A DNA stretch of 64,000 nt from Hamiltosporidium tvaerminnensis FI-OER-3-3 (GCA_022605425.2 JAKIMF020000001.1:806001-870000), one strand, 5' to 3'. Shown: positions 24,182 to 37,946, counted from the stretch's first letter. Notes: generated from the sequence alone by a model not told the origin. A program made the numbers and translations.

Positions 24182-26073
24182 TTATTTCGATAACTTAAAT
24201 CTTATATCAGGTTTCAATCTGAATGTAAGTGCCAAAAACGATAGTCCTACATAAATAACCGTCGTAAAAACTAAAAATCCTAATATATGCCATATTGCCA
24301 TTGAGCTAAAGATATATGAATACAAATTTTTCGCGAATTCATCACACATTGTTTTGATGTCTGAATTTGATTTGAGAACTTCAGAAGCCGATGATCTTAT
24401 CCTATAAGATACCGCAACACACATTGAATTGAAATGAATTGGCGGAAAACATACCGATATATAATTCAATAGCTTCATAGACTTTTTTCCAGTTAGTTTA
24501 CAAAGTATGTTTAGGATCGAATATGCTATTGGTGGAACGATCCACAACAATGCTAAAAATCCAACGATTACATATGTAGTTTTTGTTTTTTTAGACAAGG
24601 ATCTAAAGAAAAGAATCACGGGTAAATATGCAAACATACCACAAGTAAGAAACAGATAAAACTCCCAAGTAATGATTTTTCCAACTAAAAGAAACATTGA
24701 AACACCAGAAAGAATAAATAATGGCAAATGAAATATTAGCTCGAACAAAAATGTGGCAACATAATAAGATCCTATTGAATATGTTGCTACTCATAGCTCT
24801 CTTTTAACTTGCTTATACTCCTGCGAAAAAATACCGGCCGAATTTATCAGAGAATAGGCAAAAAATATGCCAATAAAATTCAAAAAAAGCGGTATTTTTA
24901 ATACATCGGAAACTTCATCACCATATTTGATTAAAAAATTCAAAAAATCCTCGAGTTTTTTGTCCTTCACAACTTTTAAAATTATATTTAGAAAAACCTT
25001 CAATGCCTGATTAATATTTTTGGTTTCTAAAATAGGATTCGCTATTTTATAGAAGAGATAAAACGAAAATCAGAATATCACCAATGTTGAAATGATTCTT
25101 TTAATAGAAATATTTATCTTAATTCTTCTATGTAAAAGAATAAATATGTGCAACAAATTTGGTAGATAACCTACAGATATAGTATTCTTATTCGATGCTT
25201 GCATTTTACTTGATTTTGGATATTTTTTATTGTATTCTGCTATTATTTTATTAATCTGCTCTTGATTTTCGGGTATTTCACGATATTTTTTTTTCACTTT
25301 TAAAACTTCTGCGAGGAAATCTGGAAATGTTGAAGATTCGCGTTTAATAAGCCCATATGATGTAAAATATTCTTCGGCTTTTTTAGTTTCTCCAGAAAAC
25401 ACTGATTAGAATCAGAAAGTAATATAAGTTGATCAAATATGTTAAAAATCTCTCCAGAGGGTTGATGTATTGTAAATATTACTGACATTTTATGGGTCGT
25501 AGATAATTTTTTCATTAAATTAACGAAACTATACGCAGTCGAGGAATCTAATCCACTTGTTGGTTCATCTATAAATAGAATCTTTGGTTCGGTAACGAGT
25601 TCAATGGCTATCATTACACGTTTTCGCTCACCACCAGAAATACTATTCATTTTTGATCCAGATATATCTAGAATATCCAATTCCTCCAATATATTTTCCA
25701 CCTTTTTATCAATATCTATGCTAGAATCTTTTAATCTGAATTTTGCAGCAAAGGTTATTGTTTGTTTAACATCCAATTCTTCGAATATGCAATCATCTTG
25801 ATCTACATATCCAACCGTTTTTGACCAACATTTATAATTTCTTGGTTGGCCCGATGCAAGTATTTCACCGCTTGTTTTAGAACCAGAAGGTATACGACCC
25901 ACCAAAGCTTTTATTAATGTAGTTTTACCACTTCCGCTTGGTCCCATAGTGGCACAGAGAGATCCTGCCTTGACAATACCATTTGCATTTGTGACCAATT
26001 TAACATACTTTGTATTCTTAGTTTTATTTTTGTTTATCAATTCAATATCGACATTTTTCCATTCAATATCCAT
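24182..26073 (-). pseudogene. ABCG/White-type half transporter with one frameshift and two in-frame TGA codons
   Basis: GPSGSGKTT, ISGGERKR, FIDEPTSGLD, TIHQP; 1-bp deletion near 25404; TGA at 25070-25072 and 24791-24793 with the reading frame continuing (REL*VATYS). Confidence 0.85.
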
Positions 26074-27963
26074 GGATTAGATACAATTTTTTGCTTTTAT
26101 AGTTTTTTTTTTCAATTTACCCAAAGCAAATAAATTAACTTTATGCTTATAAAAGGCTTAGAACAGAGTTTTTTTATATTTTTGGAAGAAAAAAATATTC
26201 CGTAATTACGAATGTAGTATATATAGAACAACTCTTCTTCTTTTGAATTTCATTTGAAAATTTTTCGGTTCTTAAGAACTTAATCTGGGCCTGAGATGAC
26301 ATATTTGAAATGAAATTTCGTTCTATTTTTTATACTAATTTAATATAGGAGACAAATTAAAAACACATTCAGTTGGTAAATATTATAGCAAATAACAACC
26401 TATGAAAGAGATTCAATTTTTAATAAATATGTAACTATAGAAATAATTAGTCAATAAATTCTTTTTTTATCATTCTCAACAGTTTTAATTTTTCCTAAAT
26501 TCATTAAAAACCATTTTATTATTCTGTCTGATATCATAAAACTTTAAAGAAATAAAAAGTACAACCAACACTTCTCGGTTAAGCACTTTCGCTATTTGAT
26601 AAACAAAGAATATTGATATGTAGTAAATATCTATTCTTCAGCACCGAGGGATACAAGAAGACGCAATAAGTATGTAAGTAAATAGACAGTGATTTGTTTA
26701 AGCGAAGCATTAGATTATATTTGAAAAATGAAATCTTTAAGTTTCTTTACATTAAAATTTCAACTACATTTTGCAATTTAAATTTTTTTATTCATCTTTA
26801 TCTGGCCTTTTTATAGATCAAATTAAGACCGAATTAAAATCAGAAATATAATTATAAACTAAAATTATAAAATGATGAAGTTTCATCGCTCTTACTGTAA
26901 AAAGAAATTTGAATTTTTTCTTTTATAGTTTAAAAAGATATGTAACTTACTTTAAATAGAAATTATTATTAAAACAGACTAAAGGTATAAATATCGATTG
27001 TTTTTTCCTCACATAATATGCTTTTCTACTACCAAATTAAAATCTTAAAACTATATTTTCCTTTAATGTATAATTTATAGTACGTTTATCTTGTTTTTTT
27101 TTACAAAAAATCTTTTTTTCTGTATTTATAAGAAGAAAAATTATGTTATTAAATAGATTACTATATTCACAAATACTTAGAAACTCCAATAAATATCTAA
27201 ACGATCACACTATAAAAATATTTTTTAAATATTTAGCTCAATATATTGATTCACTCCTGTAAAAAATAATTCATTGCATCGAATATATTGGTATAAATCA
27301 AAGACTTTCATACCAAAGCATTGTTATCAAACAATCAAAATATTTATACCGATGTTGTTACGATGCAAAACACAATATATCATTCTTTGTATAACAATAT
27401 ATTGGCAGAAATTGAAAATTTCTCACATTGGAAACTTTAATTCCTTTTTTTGTTAGAATACATTAATTTATCTATAAGATAAAATAAAAACCAACAAAAA
27501 TATATATATGTCGAAAGAAAAGACTTTTAATATTGTTTTTAAAGATTCTTTTAGATATCTCTAATCAGAATATATAAAGTAATCAAATATTTATTCAAAG
27601 ATCTAGAGATGATTAGTTATTTAATTAAAGTTCTATATTTTTGTGATATTGTTTACTTTTATTAATCAAAATAAAATTCAAAAGAAAAATTTCTCGATTT
27701 TAGAGCTGGTAAGATGAATACATCTTTCTGATGTGCTAATAATAAGAATGTACTTAAATTTTTGTTTCTTTAGCAAAAAAACAAATATATTTCGATTTAA
27801 ATAGATCTTAACGCTAGTTTACATATTTAATCAACTATTTTTTTTAGAAGTTATACAATTCTTAGTTCAACTTTACTAAGATTTTGTAAACCTAAAAATA
27901 AAAAACCATTATGTTTTCACATTACAAGAAAATATTTTAAGGCATTTTTCCCGCAAACCATAA

Positions 27964-30890
27964 TGTTCCCCATGTCTATTACGCACCCCATTATTTCCAA
28001 TAGTCCCCCTTTTGTTTTCAATGTACTTATACTCCCGATTTTTCTTATAGTTCTTTGTACCCTGGTTATTTTCAATTCATTTTTAAAGCTCGCGGATTAA
28101 AATATAAAGTTTTCTTTACTAAATATAATAAAGTTCAAATTGAAATAAATGTTTATATACCTTTAATTTTATATTTGCCTCCAAAAACCTTTATCGTTAT
28201 AATTAAAAATAAAACTATTTCATTTTTTGTTAACATTTCTCAGTAAAAAAACGACACCAAATTAAAAGAAAAAAACAAATTGAATTAAATCAGCTACAAT
28301 ACGATTTTATAGACAGTTCTTTTTTCAGCATTATTGTTTTCTAATTCTAAACCATTATTAAAAATATTCATTACTGTGAAACAGAATCAATAAAAGGTAT
28401 CAAAAGGAAAGCGTAGACTTTGTATTCCCGACCAAATCTTTTTTTTATCAAGACCCTATTGTAAAAAGAATGTTTCCTTTTATTTCGTTTGAATATTTAA
28501 TTTCTATGATTCTTTTGTTGTACTTTTCAAAATGTTTAGATACTTCTGTTTCGATTTCAAGCTTCTTATTAATTTCCGAAGCACTGGTTGTTGTAGATGA
28601 AGCAAGCTATCAGAACTCATATACATCATTATACATTTCCGACGCAATCTCTAAATTCTACCTTGTATATCCTGAATCAGGGTTGTTTGATGTTAATACC
28701 TCTGAATTAATTTCGTCGAAAAATACTAAATCATTGTTTATTTCTTCAGTCACTATATTACTAGAAAGAGGATTATTAAATCCAAGTTTAACGAAAAAAA
28801 GTTGAAATTGTGATCTATTTATGGCATTATGTATTGTTTTGTTATAACTAAATATAACATTATTATTAAAATCAATACAATTTTTTGGATAAGTAACACA
28901 TAACTTTTTAGCTAAGTATATTTTGATTGTTTGATTCACTCGTTTAGCTAGTCTCCGGGCTTTTGGATTACGTGGTCTTTCATTTATGATTTATATTTTG
29001 AGAGTAGTTAAGAAAATTTTTATACTTGCATTTTGAAATTCTTTGCCATTGTTAGACCAAATCGCTATAAAATACCGAAACTATCAAATGAAGATTTTAA
29101 TGAATTTTTTACAGACTGTGAAGTCTTCTTGGCCAGCTTAAAATCCATAGATGTTTGAATAAATGTCGATTAAGTTTAAAATACAACAATACCCACCATC
29201 TTGATCGGCGTATCATCTAAGATCTACATAAATAATTATAAATAAATCATTTTTTTGTGATTTTGTTCTACACCAGACGGCATAATGAATTGGTTAGATG
29301 CCTACACTTACTTCTCCTAAATAAATATAAGTTTAAGTCTTCAAAACGAATTTGGAGTCACTCAGTTCAAGAAATTCTTGATAATGAGTATGCAGAGATA
29401 AGAGTGGACACCAGAATTAAAACTGATGTTAAAATTCAGAATAACAGACCGGACATATTTATTTTAGATAAGAAGAAGAATAAGATAACACTCATTGAAG
29501 TAGGAATCACTTCCCAAGATTTACTTCAATTAGTTGAAATTGAAAAATTTAGGAAGTATGACCTGCTAGCCAATGAGTTGGGTCTTATTTATAAGTGTAG
29601 TATTGAGATAATTCCTTATGTGATGACCTGGGACGGTATTGTGACAAAATACCATAAATCTCATCTTAAAAGACTAGAAATACCTATGAATGTAGAGGCA
29701 TACATTCAGTCTATAGTACTTAAGAAGACAGTCGAAACAATTTCCTTTGATCGAAGAACAGGACTTGAGTCGGGACTAAATGCCGAAGAGAGCTGGGAGA
29801 GAGCCTCAATGTGTGTTATTATGAGATCAGAGATGCACGAGAAACCAACACCCCCTTTAAAAGGAGAGAAAAGAGAGGAAGATGGTGTTCAAATTTTAAA
29901 CCAAAAAATAAAGCACCCCTTATTTCACAAGGAGGAACCACTTTAGAGGAACCGACCAATAACATAAATAAAGAGTCGGATTTGGAAGAAGAGACAAAAG
30001 TGGTTAAAGAGGTAGAAGAAAACATAAAAAAAAAATGTTAAAAATATTTTAACCCAGAATTTTATTAAATTAAAATCGTGATTTTGTTTGTATAAATTTA
30101 ATTATTTACCTTCAAATAATTGAATCTACTACATGATTCACAGGCCTTTTCATATAAATTATGCTTGACTGGGAATTTCACATTATTTTTTTCTAACCAA
30201 TGTAATTATTTTATTAATTCCACATTGTGTTAGAGAGTGTTCAGTCTCAATCATATATTTAATAACCCCTTTTCAAATCTAAAAACGACATTCAAAATTT
30301 GTTCGCGCCCTTTGATGCAAATATCATCTAGAAGCATTATAAAACGTTTTACCTTCTCCTTAAAAGTTCTTTGTTTTGTTTCGTGTAATTAGCTGGATAC
30401 TGTCCGGTCTCCAAAAAATGTCATTAAAATATAGTTTTATTCCCTGTTTTAACAAATCACAATCCTTGACATCTAACAATCATTATTTTTTGTTATTAGT
30501 AAAACAAAAGTCAAAAAATTATGAAATATAAGGTTATATTATTTTCAACATTTATTCTTTGATATAGAGCCTTTTGGGCGGAAATTCGTTTGGTTATAAT
30601 GTGTTATTCAACTTCAAAAAAAATATTTAATCTGTAATTTCAAACAATGGTAAGCCGTAAAAATTTGCATTGAAATTATTTGTATATAGATTGTCTGTTA
30701 ATCGTTTTGATTCAAAGAATATACTCCAGCTGTATAAATAATGGAAATAACACCGGAGCAATAGATGGTGGTGTGAATAAGAAATAATCGGAAATTATAG
30801 GATAGGAAATATAATATAAATAATATATATCTAGTATAAATAAAGGGAGTTATTAATATATTAAAGTATATTCAAAATAGACTTGTGTAT
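27964..30890 (-). mobile_element. Decayed KRBA2/Ginger-like integrase DNA transposon, interrupted by a LINE copy
   Basis: Minus-strand remnants FLETGQYP, GINKI, ACESC (zinc finger, ~30130-30420), ILNLIDIYS, NNGKEF, RPRNPKA..RVNQTIK (integrase core, 28920-29220); weak inverted similarity between ~27964-28080 and ~30740-30890. Confidence 0.6.
29268..30072 (+). mobile_element. 5'-truncated RLE non-LTR retrotransposon copy
   Basis: Near-identical to the LINE C-terminus, with a late frameshift near 29890; candidate TSD gtgattttgtt at 29257-29267 and 30078-30088. Confidence 0.93.
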
Positions 30891-31729
30891 CCTGAACCGT
30901 GACATTATTTGTGGTATTTTATTGTGCTCCCTTCTATCAATGAATGTTAAAGGTGCCTAGAATATGCTATTTGCTCAGGTTTAATCATTTTTTTTAAAAT
31001 TTAAAGTTTGGCTTTGTTAATTTCCGAGATTTCTATCAGGCTTTCATATTCTTTATGCTCATTCATTGTACATCTTCTTGCTAAAAATATGGAACTTTTT
31101 ATTGATATTTTATTTTGCTCAGCGTTTTCTTTATATAATACAATCTTAAATCGCATAAAATCAGGAAAAACCATATTTATAGAAACGCCAATTCATTTAA
31201 ACTTCACCAAGGCATTAAATTTTAGTGTATTTTAGTAACTTAGGTCTTATTTTTTGTGTTTCTTTGTGATTTTTATAATTTAAATTAATATATTGAAAGA
31301 AAAGCAATTAAAAGGAATTGTAAAAAATCACAGAGAAGATGATATACTCAAGATATTATAAGAAAAATAATTAAATTTTTTTACTTCAAAGTTTGGTGTG
31401 AATTTCCTTTTAATTTTCGAAACTTTTGCTTTAATTTATCTTTTTCCCTTTTTTTAATTTTGTTTTAGCAATTTTATCTTTTTAATGTTGTTATTTTGTT
31501 AATATTTTAGATATATTAGCAAAACGGTTAATTTTCTCCTAAAACAGTTGTGCTTATTCTATAAAAAACAAAATTAAAAAATCTTTCAGGCTCAATATGC
31601 TTGGTCAGTTAAAAAACACTTCTTTATTTTACTTTTGGCATGTATAAATTGAAGCAAGGGCAATTAGTTTTAGAATGCTATCATATATCAGATCAGTCTA
31701 AATAGTAACATGAATTCTAACGATTATAT

Positions 31730-32455
31730 AGAATTAACACGTTTCTAGATTATACATTGATAACTGCTACTTACCACATTATTACTCATTTACTCACTGG
31801 CATTACAGCCCATTAAAATCCCTAGCCTCATATACTATAAACTTCCACTCGTCACAATCAAATTAAAAGCAGATTATTAGCATTCTTAAATACACACACC
31901 TCGTAGCTTTTCATCAAAACGAATTATAGACGTATTTAAAAGACAGAGTAATTATCCGGTGTTTGTTGATATTAGTTACCTACTGGTGATCGAGTTCGAA
32001 ACTCTTTTTGGATACCTTTAAGACCAGGAGAATCCCACCATATTTTTAAATTTCCGAACCATATAGCCTTTCAGCTAAGAAATATGTCTGCGGCTTATAT
32101 GAGCTTTACCTGAAAGTTAAAATGCCGTACCAAAAGAAATAAGGCTTATCATTCCTAAAGTTTTAAAGAGTATGTTTGTTTATTTTATAGAATTTAGTCT
32201 TCTACTCCTAGGGAAAGGCTAGATTTCTATGCTTTTAGATGACAGTCGCCCAAAGATTTCATCTTGGTTTACAATTTGATCACATAAAAATTACAAACCA
32301 ATTTTTTAGAAATTTCTGGCCATTTTCAGTTCTCCTCACATTCTAAATCAATTCTTTTTTAAAAAATCGAAAATATAGTTGGGTCAGGATAAAAGTCAGA
32401 TAATTTTTGCGAAAAAAAAAGGTTTTTAATGTATTAGTTATCTTCTCTCCCACTG
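31730..32455 (-). mobile_element. SINE-like element, family A, old diverged copy
   Basis: Ordered blocks taactgctac, gtgatcga, agctaaga, agtcttcta, aaggctagatttctatgctttt, gttatcttctctcc. Confidence 0.6.
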
Positions 32456-32658
32456 CCCATTAAAATATAATAGTTCTTACCATAGCAAATTTAAATTCAA
32501 AATAAAACAAATTCATCTGAATCCTAAGAATACAAAAAAAATAAAGAAAATTTAATTGTAAATTCCAAAAAATATAAAAAGACATTTGAAACTTGAAATT
32601 AAGATAAAATTAGAGAAATTTAAGGTAGAGTTAAAAGATAAAATAAAAAAAAATATTT

Positions 32659-33030
32659 TTAAATAGCTTTACGTATTCTGTCTAAAACATAGTGCAAAGT
32701 CTCATCAGAAAGCCTATCTAAAGAAGGTATCAAATTTTTAGTATCTTCAACTGTATGTGGTATTAAAGAACCCAGAAGTGCTATTTCAGCTTCATTTATT
32801 TTATAATCGATCAGTGATTTTCTAAGATCATCCATATTTGTTTTTCTTTTTATTTTAGAAAAAGTTTCTAAATATTTATAGGTTGAAAGAAATATTTTCC
32901 TTGTATTTTGTAAATGTTCATTTGTTTCTGAACAAAATCTATCCATTTGTGTCTCTAGAAGAAATTTAGCTTCAGATACAGTAACAGGATGGGTATCGTT
33001 TGAATTGAAAGCCTCTAATTCATTATCCAT
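32659..33030 (-). CDS. RPB4: RNA polymerase II subunit Rpb4
   Basis: VSEAKFLLE, YLETFS and EIALLGSLIP..VEDTKNLIPSL match the Rpb4 HRDC pattern; CCC directly before ATG. Confidence 0.9.
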   Translation of the reverse strand: MDNELEAFNSNDTHPVTVSEAKFLLETQMDRFCSETNEHLQNTRKIFLSTYKYLETFSKIKRKTNMDDLRKSLIDYKINEAEIALLGSLIPHTVEDTKNLIPSLDRLSDETLHYVLDRIRKAI

Positions 33031-33696
33031 GGGTGTAATAAATATACATCATAAACACAAAAAATAATATAATGTTTCTCATATTAGTGACTGCAATCGA
33101 TTTATCTGGAATTATATATTTTTAAAAAAAACTAAGTTTGTAAAATCTATGGTAGTAGAAAAAAAAAGGAAAAAAATTTTTACCCAGAATCTAATTACCA
33201 TAAAATTTTTAAAAAACGAATTTTGCAAAATTAAGGACAAATAAAATAATAAAAAGAAGGGAAATCAATTCTAAACAATCATTCAATTAAAATAATTTTG
33301 CAAGAAATATATTTTACTAAATTACATTTCCTTTTAAATTCTTTATAAATATTGAAATTAAAAAGTATTAGAAATTTCCCTTTTTATTTATTTAAATTCC
33401 GAATTTAATTTCTTTTCCACCATTCATAAATTTACATCTGTTTTTCTATAAATTTTTAATTAGAATATTTTCAAATCGTATTCATATTTCTTCCAACAAT
33501 CATGAATTTATTGTACATGAAAATTTTTAGAAAAGTTAAATTAAACAGATTAAAATCAAAAAAAAAATATAAATTTTAAGAAACAGAAATATATGAACTA
33601 AAATTAACAAAAAATAATACATAAATCTAAAGAAATAAACACTAACCAAAAAAAGACAATAAAAATAAAAAAAATTGAAACGCTTTGATTTGTTTA

Positions 33697-35232
33697 TTAA
33701 CAGGGGAAAATGCTACACATTAGTTTCTTTTTCTTTTTGATTTCATTTTTCTGCATTTTTTTTTGTATTTCTAAATATTCAAGAATTTTTTTATCTATGA
33801 GTTTGTCCACAGCTTTTTTAGAGTCTAAAGAATTATTAAGAGTTTCTTTTTCATTTTTAAGTTTCAATATTTCATTAAGAAGATCATTTATTATTTCCCA
33901 TAATTTTTTCTTTGAATCTTCTTCGTCTTTATCATAACTTATTCCTACAGATGATTTAACATGATTATTTACTTGATTGGTGAATTCTTTTAAAGAGCTC
34001 AAAAGATCTTCTATTGATTTATTGTATTGTACTTTCCTATTTTCAAGTTCATTTTTATAATTTTCTTCCATTTCCTTATATTTCAATTCTATTTCCGTTG
34101 TGTCATTATTTGTAGCAAGTTCATTTATTTTTGAATGTAATTTGTTCATTTCTGATTTGTATCGTTCTATTTCTTCGGATAAGTCATCTTTCTTATTTTC
34201 TACTGTGTTTGATATGCCGATATGCTTATTAAAAAGTGTTGCAACGAATAAAAAATTCAATCTAGAATCACCTGCTATTATATCTCTCGCGCTTACAAAT
34301 TTACGACATTCTAATTTTTCTGCAATAATCAAAGCCTTTTCTGCTCGTTTTAAATCGTCACTTTCACTCCAGGCGCACATAAAATCTTCATCAGATACCA
34401 AATCTGGCGCAATTTGCTTCATCAATATCAGATATATTTTGGAATCTTTAATATCCGTCGAAAAGTTTTTACATTTGAAATAATTTTCTTGTAAATTTTT
34501 AGAAACATACAAATTGTTTGATTGGAGATCGATTTTTCTACCTGTAAAGCATGTATTGAATACTTGGGCTAAATTTTGAATAGATTTATTTTCATTTTTA
34601 CCTTCATTAAAAGTATATAGATTTAAATTTTTGATAATATCTGCATTTTTTGACTTTTCAAGGTGATAATTCACCCATCGAATCAAAAGATCTTCTGGTT
34701 GTTGAGATGCTATATCTTTCAAACTTTCATTTTGTTCCAAAAGTTTCACCAATTCAGGTCTTTTACTAATATTTGCTGTTTTTGTTAAACTCATTCGTAC
34801 AATTTGCCATAAAAGACCCAAAACAAGTCCTTTATGCATATTTAAAATATCTTCCGCTCCTATATTTACAGTAATTATTCCTATTTTCTTTGCTGTCATC
34901 AGTACTCTTGCAATATTTCCCGTAGCTTCAAATATTCCATTTTTATCTTCAAAATTTACAGGAATAGTAAGTTTATTAAAATTTATACACCCAGGTTTTA
35001 TCTCATCTAAAGCATACGCCAGAATAATTCCATCTCTTAGATTTTCATAAACAGAATATTCATTATCTATATTTATACCATCTGGTAATATAGATTTCAA
35101 ATGTTCAGAATAAGCTTTTCCTTCGTTGTCCAAAAATTCTTCAAATTTTTCATTATCAGCTTTACATCTTGTTCCTCTCTTTAATCCATTATCAATACTT
35201 CTCCTATCGATTTCTTCTTCTATTGTTGTCAT
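33697..35232 (-). CDS. Fimbrin/plastin-like protein with one actin-binding domain (2 CH) and a coiled-coil tail
   Basis: LRDGIIL, VNIGAEDI, LVLGLLWQIVR, PEDLLIRWVNYHL, NFSTDIKDS, LECRKFV, LNFLFVATLFN; GGG upstream of ATG. Confidence 0.88.
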   Translation of the reverse strand: MTTIEEEIDRRSIDNGLKRGTRCKADNEKFEEFLDNEGKAYSEHLKSILPDGINIDNEYSVYENLRDGIILAYALDEIKPGCINFNKLTIPVNFEDKNGIFEATGNIARVLMTAKKIGIITVNIGAEDILNMHKGLVLGLLWQIVRMSLTKTANISKRPELVKLLEQNESLKDIASQQPEDLLIRWVNYHLEKSKNADIIKNLNLYTFNEGKNENKSIQNLAQVFNTCFTGRKIDLQSNNLYVSKNLQENYFKCKNFSTDIKDSKIYLILMKQIAPDLVSDEDFMCAWSESDDLKRAEKALIIAEKLECRKFVSARDIIAGDSRLNFLFVATLFNKHIGISNTVENKKDDLSEEIERYKSEMNKLHSKINELATNNDTTEIELKYKEMEENYKNELENRKVQYNKSIEDLLSSLKEFTNQVNNHVKSSVGISYDKDEEDSKKKLWEIINDLLNEILKLKNEKETLNNSLDSKKAVDKLIDKKILEYLEIQKKMQKNEIKKKKKLMCSIFPC

Positions 35233-35569
35233 TATACCCTTTTATAAACAAATAATTTTATTGTTTAGAAAATGATCTAGAACATCTTTCTTAATCAGGA
35301 ATTTTTATATATTTGTTTGCTAAGTTTATAAAAATAAATAATTTGAAAATTGTTTTGATTGTGATTTTAGATGTTTAAATGGCATATATAGGTGTTAATA
35401 GTGTATTTGTTTTGTAAATTATTTAATATGGAGGTGTCGAGTAATTGAACGTTTCTCATTATAATTAAATTTCATATCAAATTTATATTTTTATACTTTT
35501 TTTTAAAAACTTTTTTTATTTTTTTATGCTAAAATATTAGATCAGGCTGAGCATCAAGGGTTAAAATTA

Positions 35570-36070
35570 TATGGCTACGTACCTGAGCAGACTTCATAAT
35601 AACCTTTATTAAAGTTGTCTTAATTCATAAGAGATTATCAGTATGTTTATTTTCTGGATAGGATATGATTTTGTAACTCTTGAATTTATTAAAAAAAATA
35701 AAGATACATTTAAAACTTTCTAAAAAAAACATTATTTAGAATAATATAAATCCTAAGGATAGAGAATTATAATAAAACACTTCTTGCATTAATAAAAAGT
35801 TTTCTACAAATTGAATTTAGAACTGAAAGAGAGCTACTTGAAGAATTTTGGAATAAGTTTAATCAATTAAAAAAATTTACAGCAAACGTAAAAACTGAAA
35901 ATTCCATTCAAAGTTATATAAATATAGAAAAAACGGATATTTCGATTAATCGACTGACAGCTCAAATTACTTAAGAAAAACAAAATCAATCCATCTAATA
36001 CATCTGTTAACTGCTATGTTGACAAAAAATGTAATTTGGGGCATTGTCCAAGTGACAACATTAAAACTTC
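35570..36070 (+). pseudogene. Possible gag-like relic with a degenerate zinc knuckle
   Basis: Coding-like sequence ending in VNCY...GHCPSD; broken frames. Confidence 0.3.
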
Positions 36071-36139
36071 TGAAAATTCTTTGACTTTTCAAAGAAAATG
36101 TAAAAATATGCCCTTAAAAAGTATATCATGCTTTGAAAG

Positions 36140-36850
36140 AAATAATTCACTACTGGGTCCACTTCTCCTTATTAATATAAGTTCATGTAAAAACAAATTT
36201 GGTTCTGCTATGTTCAAAAAATCCTTGAAAATTTGTATACTAACCAAAATATAAGTTCAGAGTAGAAATGATGTTCAAATTTGGAATAATAGACTCGAAA
36301 TATATATTTTGGATAGGAAATATAATGAAATTAAAATACATCGTGATCGAATTGATTTCACGAGATTCGCTTCAAATTGTTGAAACTGAAAAACTTAGGA
36401 AGTATGACCTATTAGCAAATGATCTAGAGTTTATTTATAAATTTAGTATGGAGATGATTTTCCATATAATAACCTGGGACGGTATTATGACAAAATAAAA
36501 GATGTATCTTAAAAGAATACAATTACAAATAAGAGAGAGCGTCAATGTTTCCTGATTTCTACTTGAAACAATATCCGACTCTATTTTTTTAATTCAAAAA
36601 GAGGTTTTAAGTCAGGAATAGTCACGGATTAGAATTGGGAAAAATATTTTAGAATCCAATTTTTGTATCAGGAACCTATAAATAGAGGTACAGTAATTAC
36701 ATATACATTAATGAGATATAGTGTACTAAACAAAAAAACGAGCAGTTCTCTAAATGTAGAAAACGAAATGAATATTTCTGAAGTGATAAATAAAAGAGTT
36801 ATTTTAAGCAAGTAAAATATAAAAAAAATACAAAATTAAATTTTATTATT
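36140..36850 (+). mobile_element. Decayed LINE 3' fragment
   Basis: DSLQIVETEKLRKYDLLAND..ITWDGI in ORF 36268-36498. Confidence 0.85.
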
Positions 36851-37001
36851 AGTTTTTGCAATTTTATATTAGAAAAAATTGAAGAGATAATTTTTGAGAA
36901 CTAAATTGAATAAAAATTTTGTATTTGAAAAAACAAAGTAATTTATAATAAATGATCAGCTAATATAACATCCGATCATCTAATTTCTAGCTTTGTACTA
37001 T

Positions 37002-37827
37002 TTAAGTATTCTTAATATTAAAATATTCGGATTTAATTTTTTTAATGAGTTCTTTACAAATATATTCCCCTTTTTTAAAATATTCCAAATCAGTTGCTAA
37101 TACTTGTAAATAACAAGGATCGTTAGATTCACTATCTAAGCATATTTCAATTGTTCCTGAATATCTTCCACGTAACCTAATAACAAGATTATCAAGTATT
37201 ACAAATTCATTCGTGTATTCTCCAAACTTAATCATTTCTAAAAAATTGGTATTTTTATTTCTGTATTTACTTAAATCCTCTGAAATTCTTTTTAAGTGAA
37301 ATATCACGATTTCTTTAATAGAAAAATTATTTTTTATTTCGTAAATTCCTACTTCTATTTTACAACTAATTATATTTTTATATCCGTTATAAACATTTCT
37401 TACTTCTCCAGATTTAAAACTTAAAGCAAGTTCACCTTTTTTCATTATTTCTTTCAATTTTAATATGGCACAATCAATATTATGGAGATATTTACCAGTA
37501 ACTTCTAAACAAAGTAAATTATCGGTTGTTTCTGTTTGTAATTTTAACGGTGATAATGTCCCTCTTTTGAGTATTTCCACACCATAAAGTTCATCCAATT
37601 CGATTAATGTTCGTATTCTTGTTACAAGATATGGAAAATTACAATTTTCTACTTCTAAAGACTTAGAATGATTCATAATTATTTACTTTGTTTTTTATTT
37701 TTCGTTTCGTAAGAAGAAATTGTGGTAAAGCCGCATCATTTATTATATCTTTATCAATATTTGTATTATCAATATCTTTTTCTTTATAAATTCTTTCTTC
37801 AAATAAATCCCATCGATTTTTATTCAT
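37002..37827 (-). CDS. KHDC4/BLOM7-like KH-domain splicing factor, extra base near 37665
   Basis: Upstream mini-ORF 37827-37663 (MNKNRWD..., GGG motif upstream) joins +1 to ORF 37002-37676 containing LEVEN..PYLVT and RLRGRYSGTIE...ESNDPCYL. Confidence 0.7.
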
Positions 37828-37946
37828 TTATAAATATTTACACCCTTAAAAAACCGTTCTTCTTTATAAATTATTTCTTTAAGAAAAATACCATCAATTT
37901 TTATTTGTTAGATTCGTTTATAGTGGTTAGACATTCAAACCCTTAA

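Noticed and set aside
24791-25072. UGA reassigned as a sense codon
   Set aside because: The same gene also has a frameshift, intact conserved genes contain no internal TGA, and TGA plausibly terminates LUC7 and ORF 46100-47554
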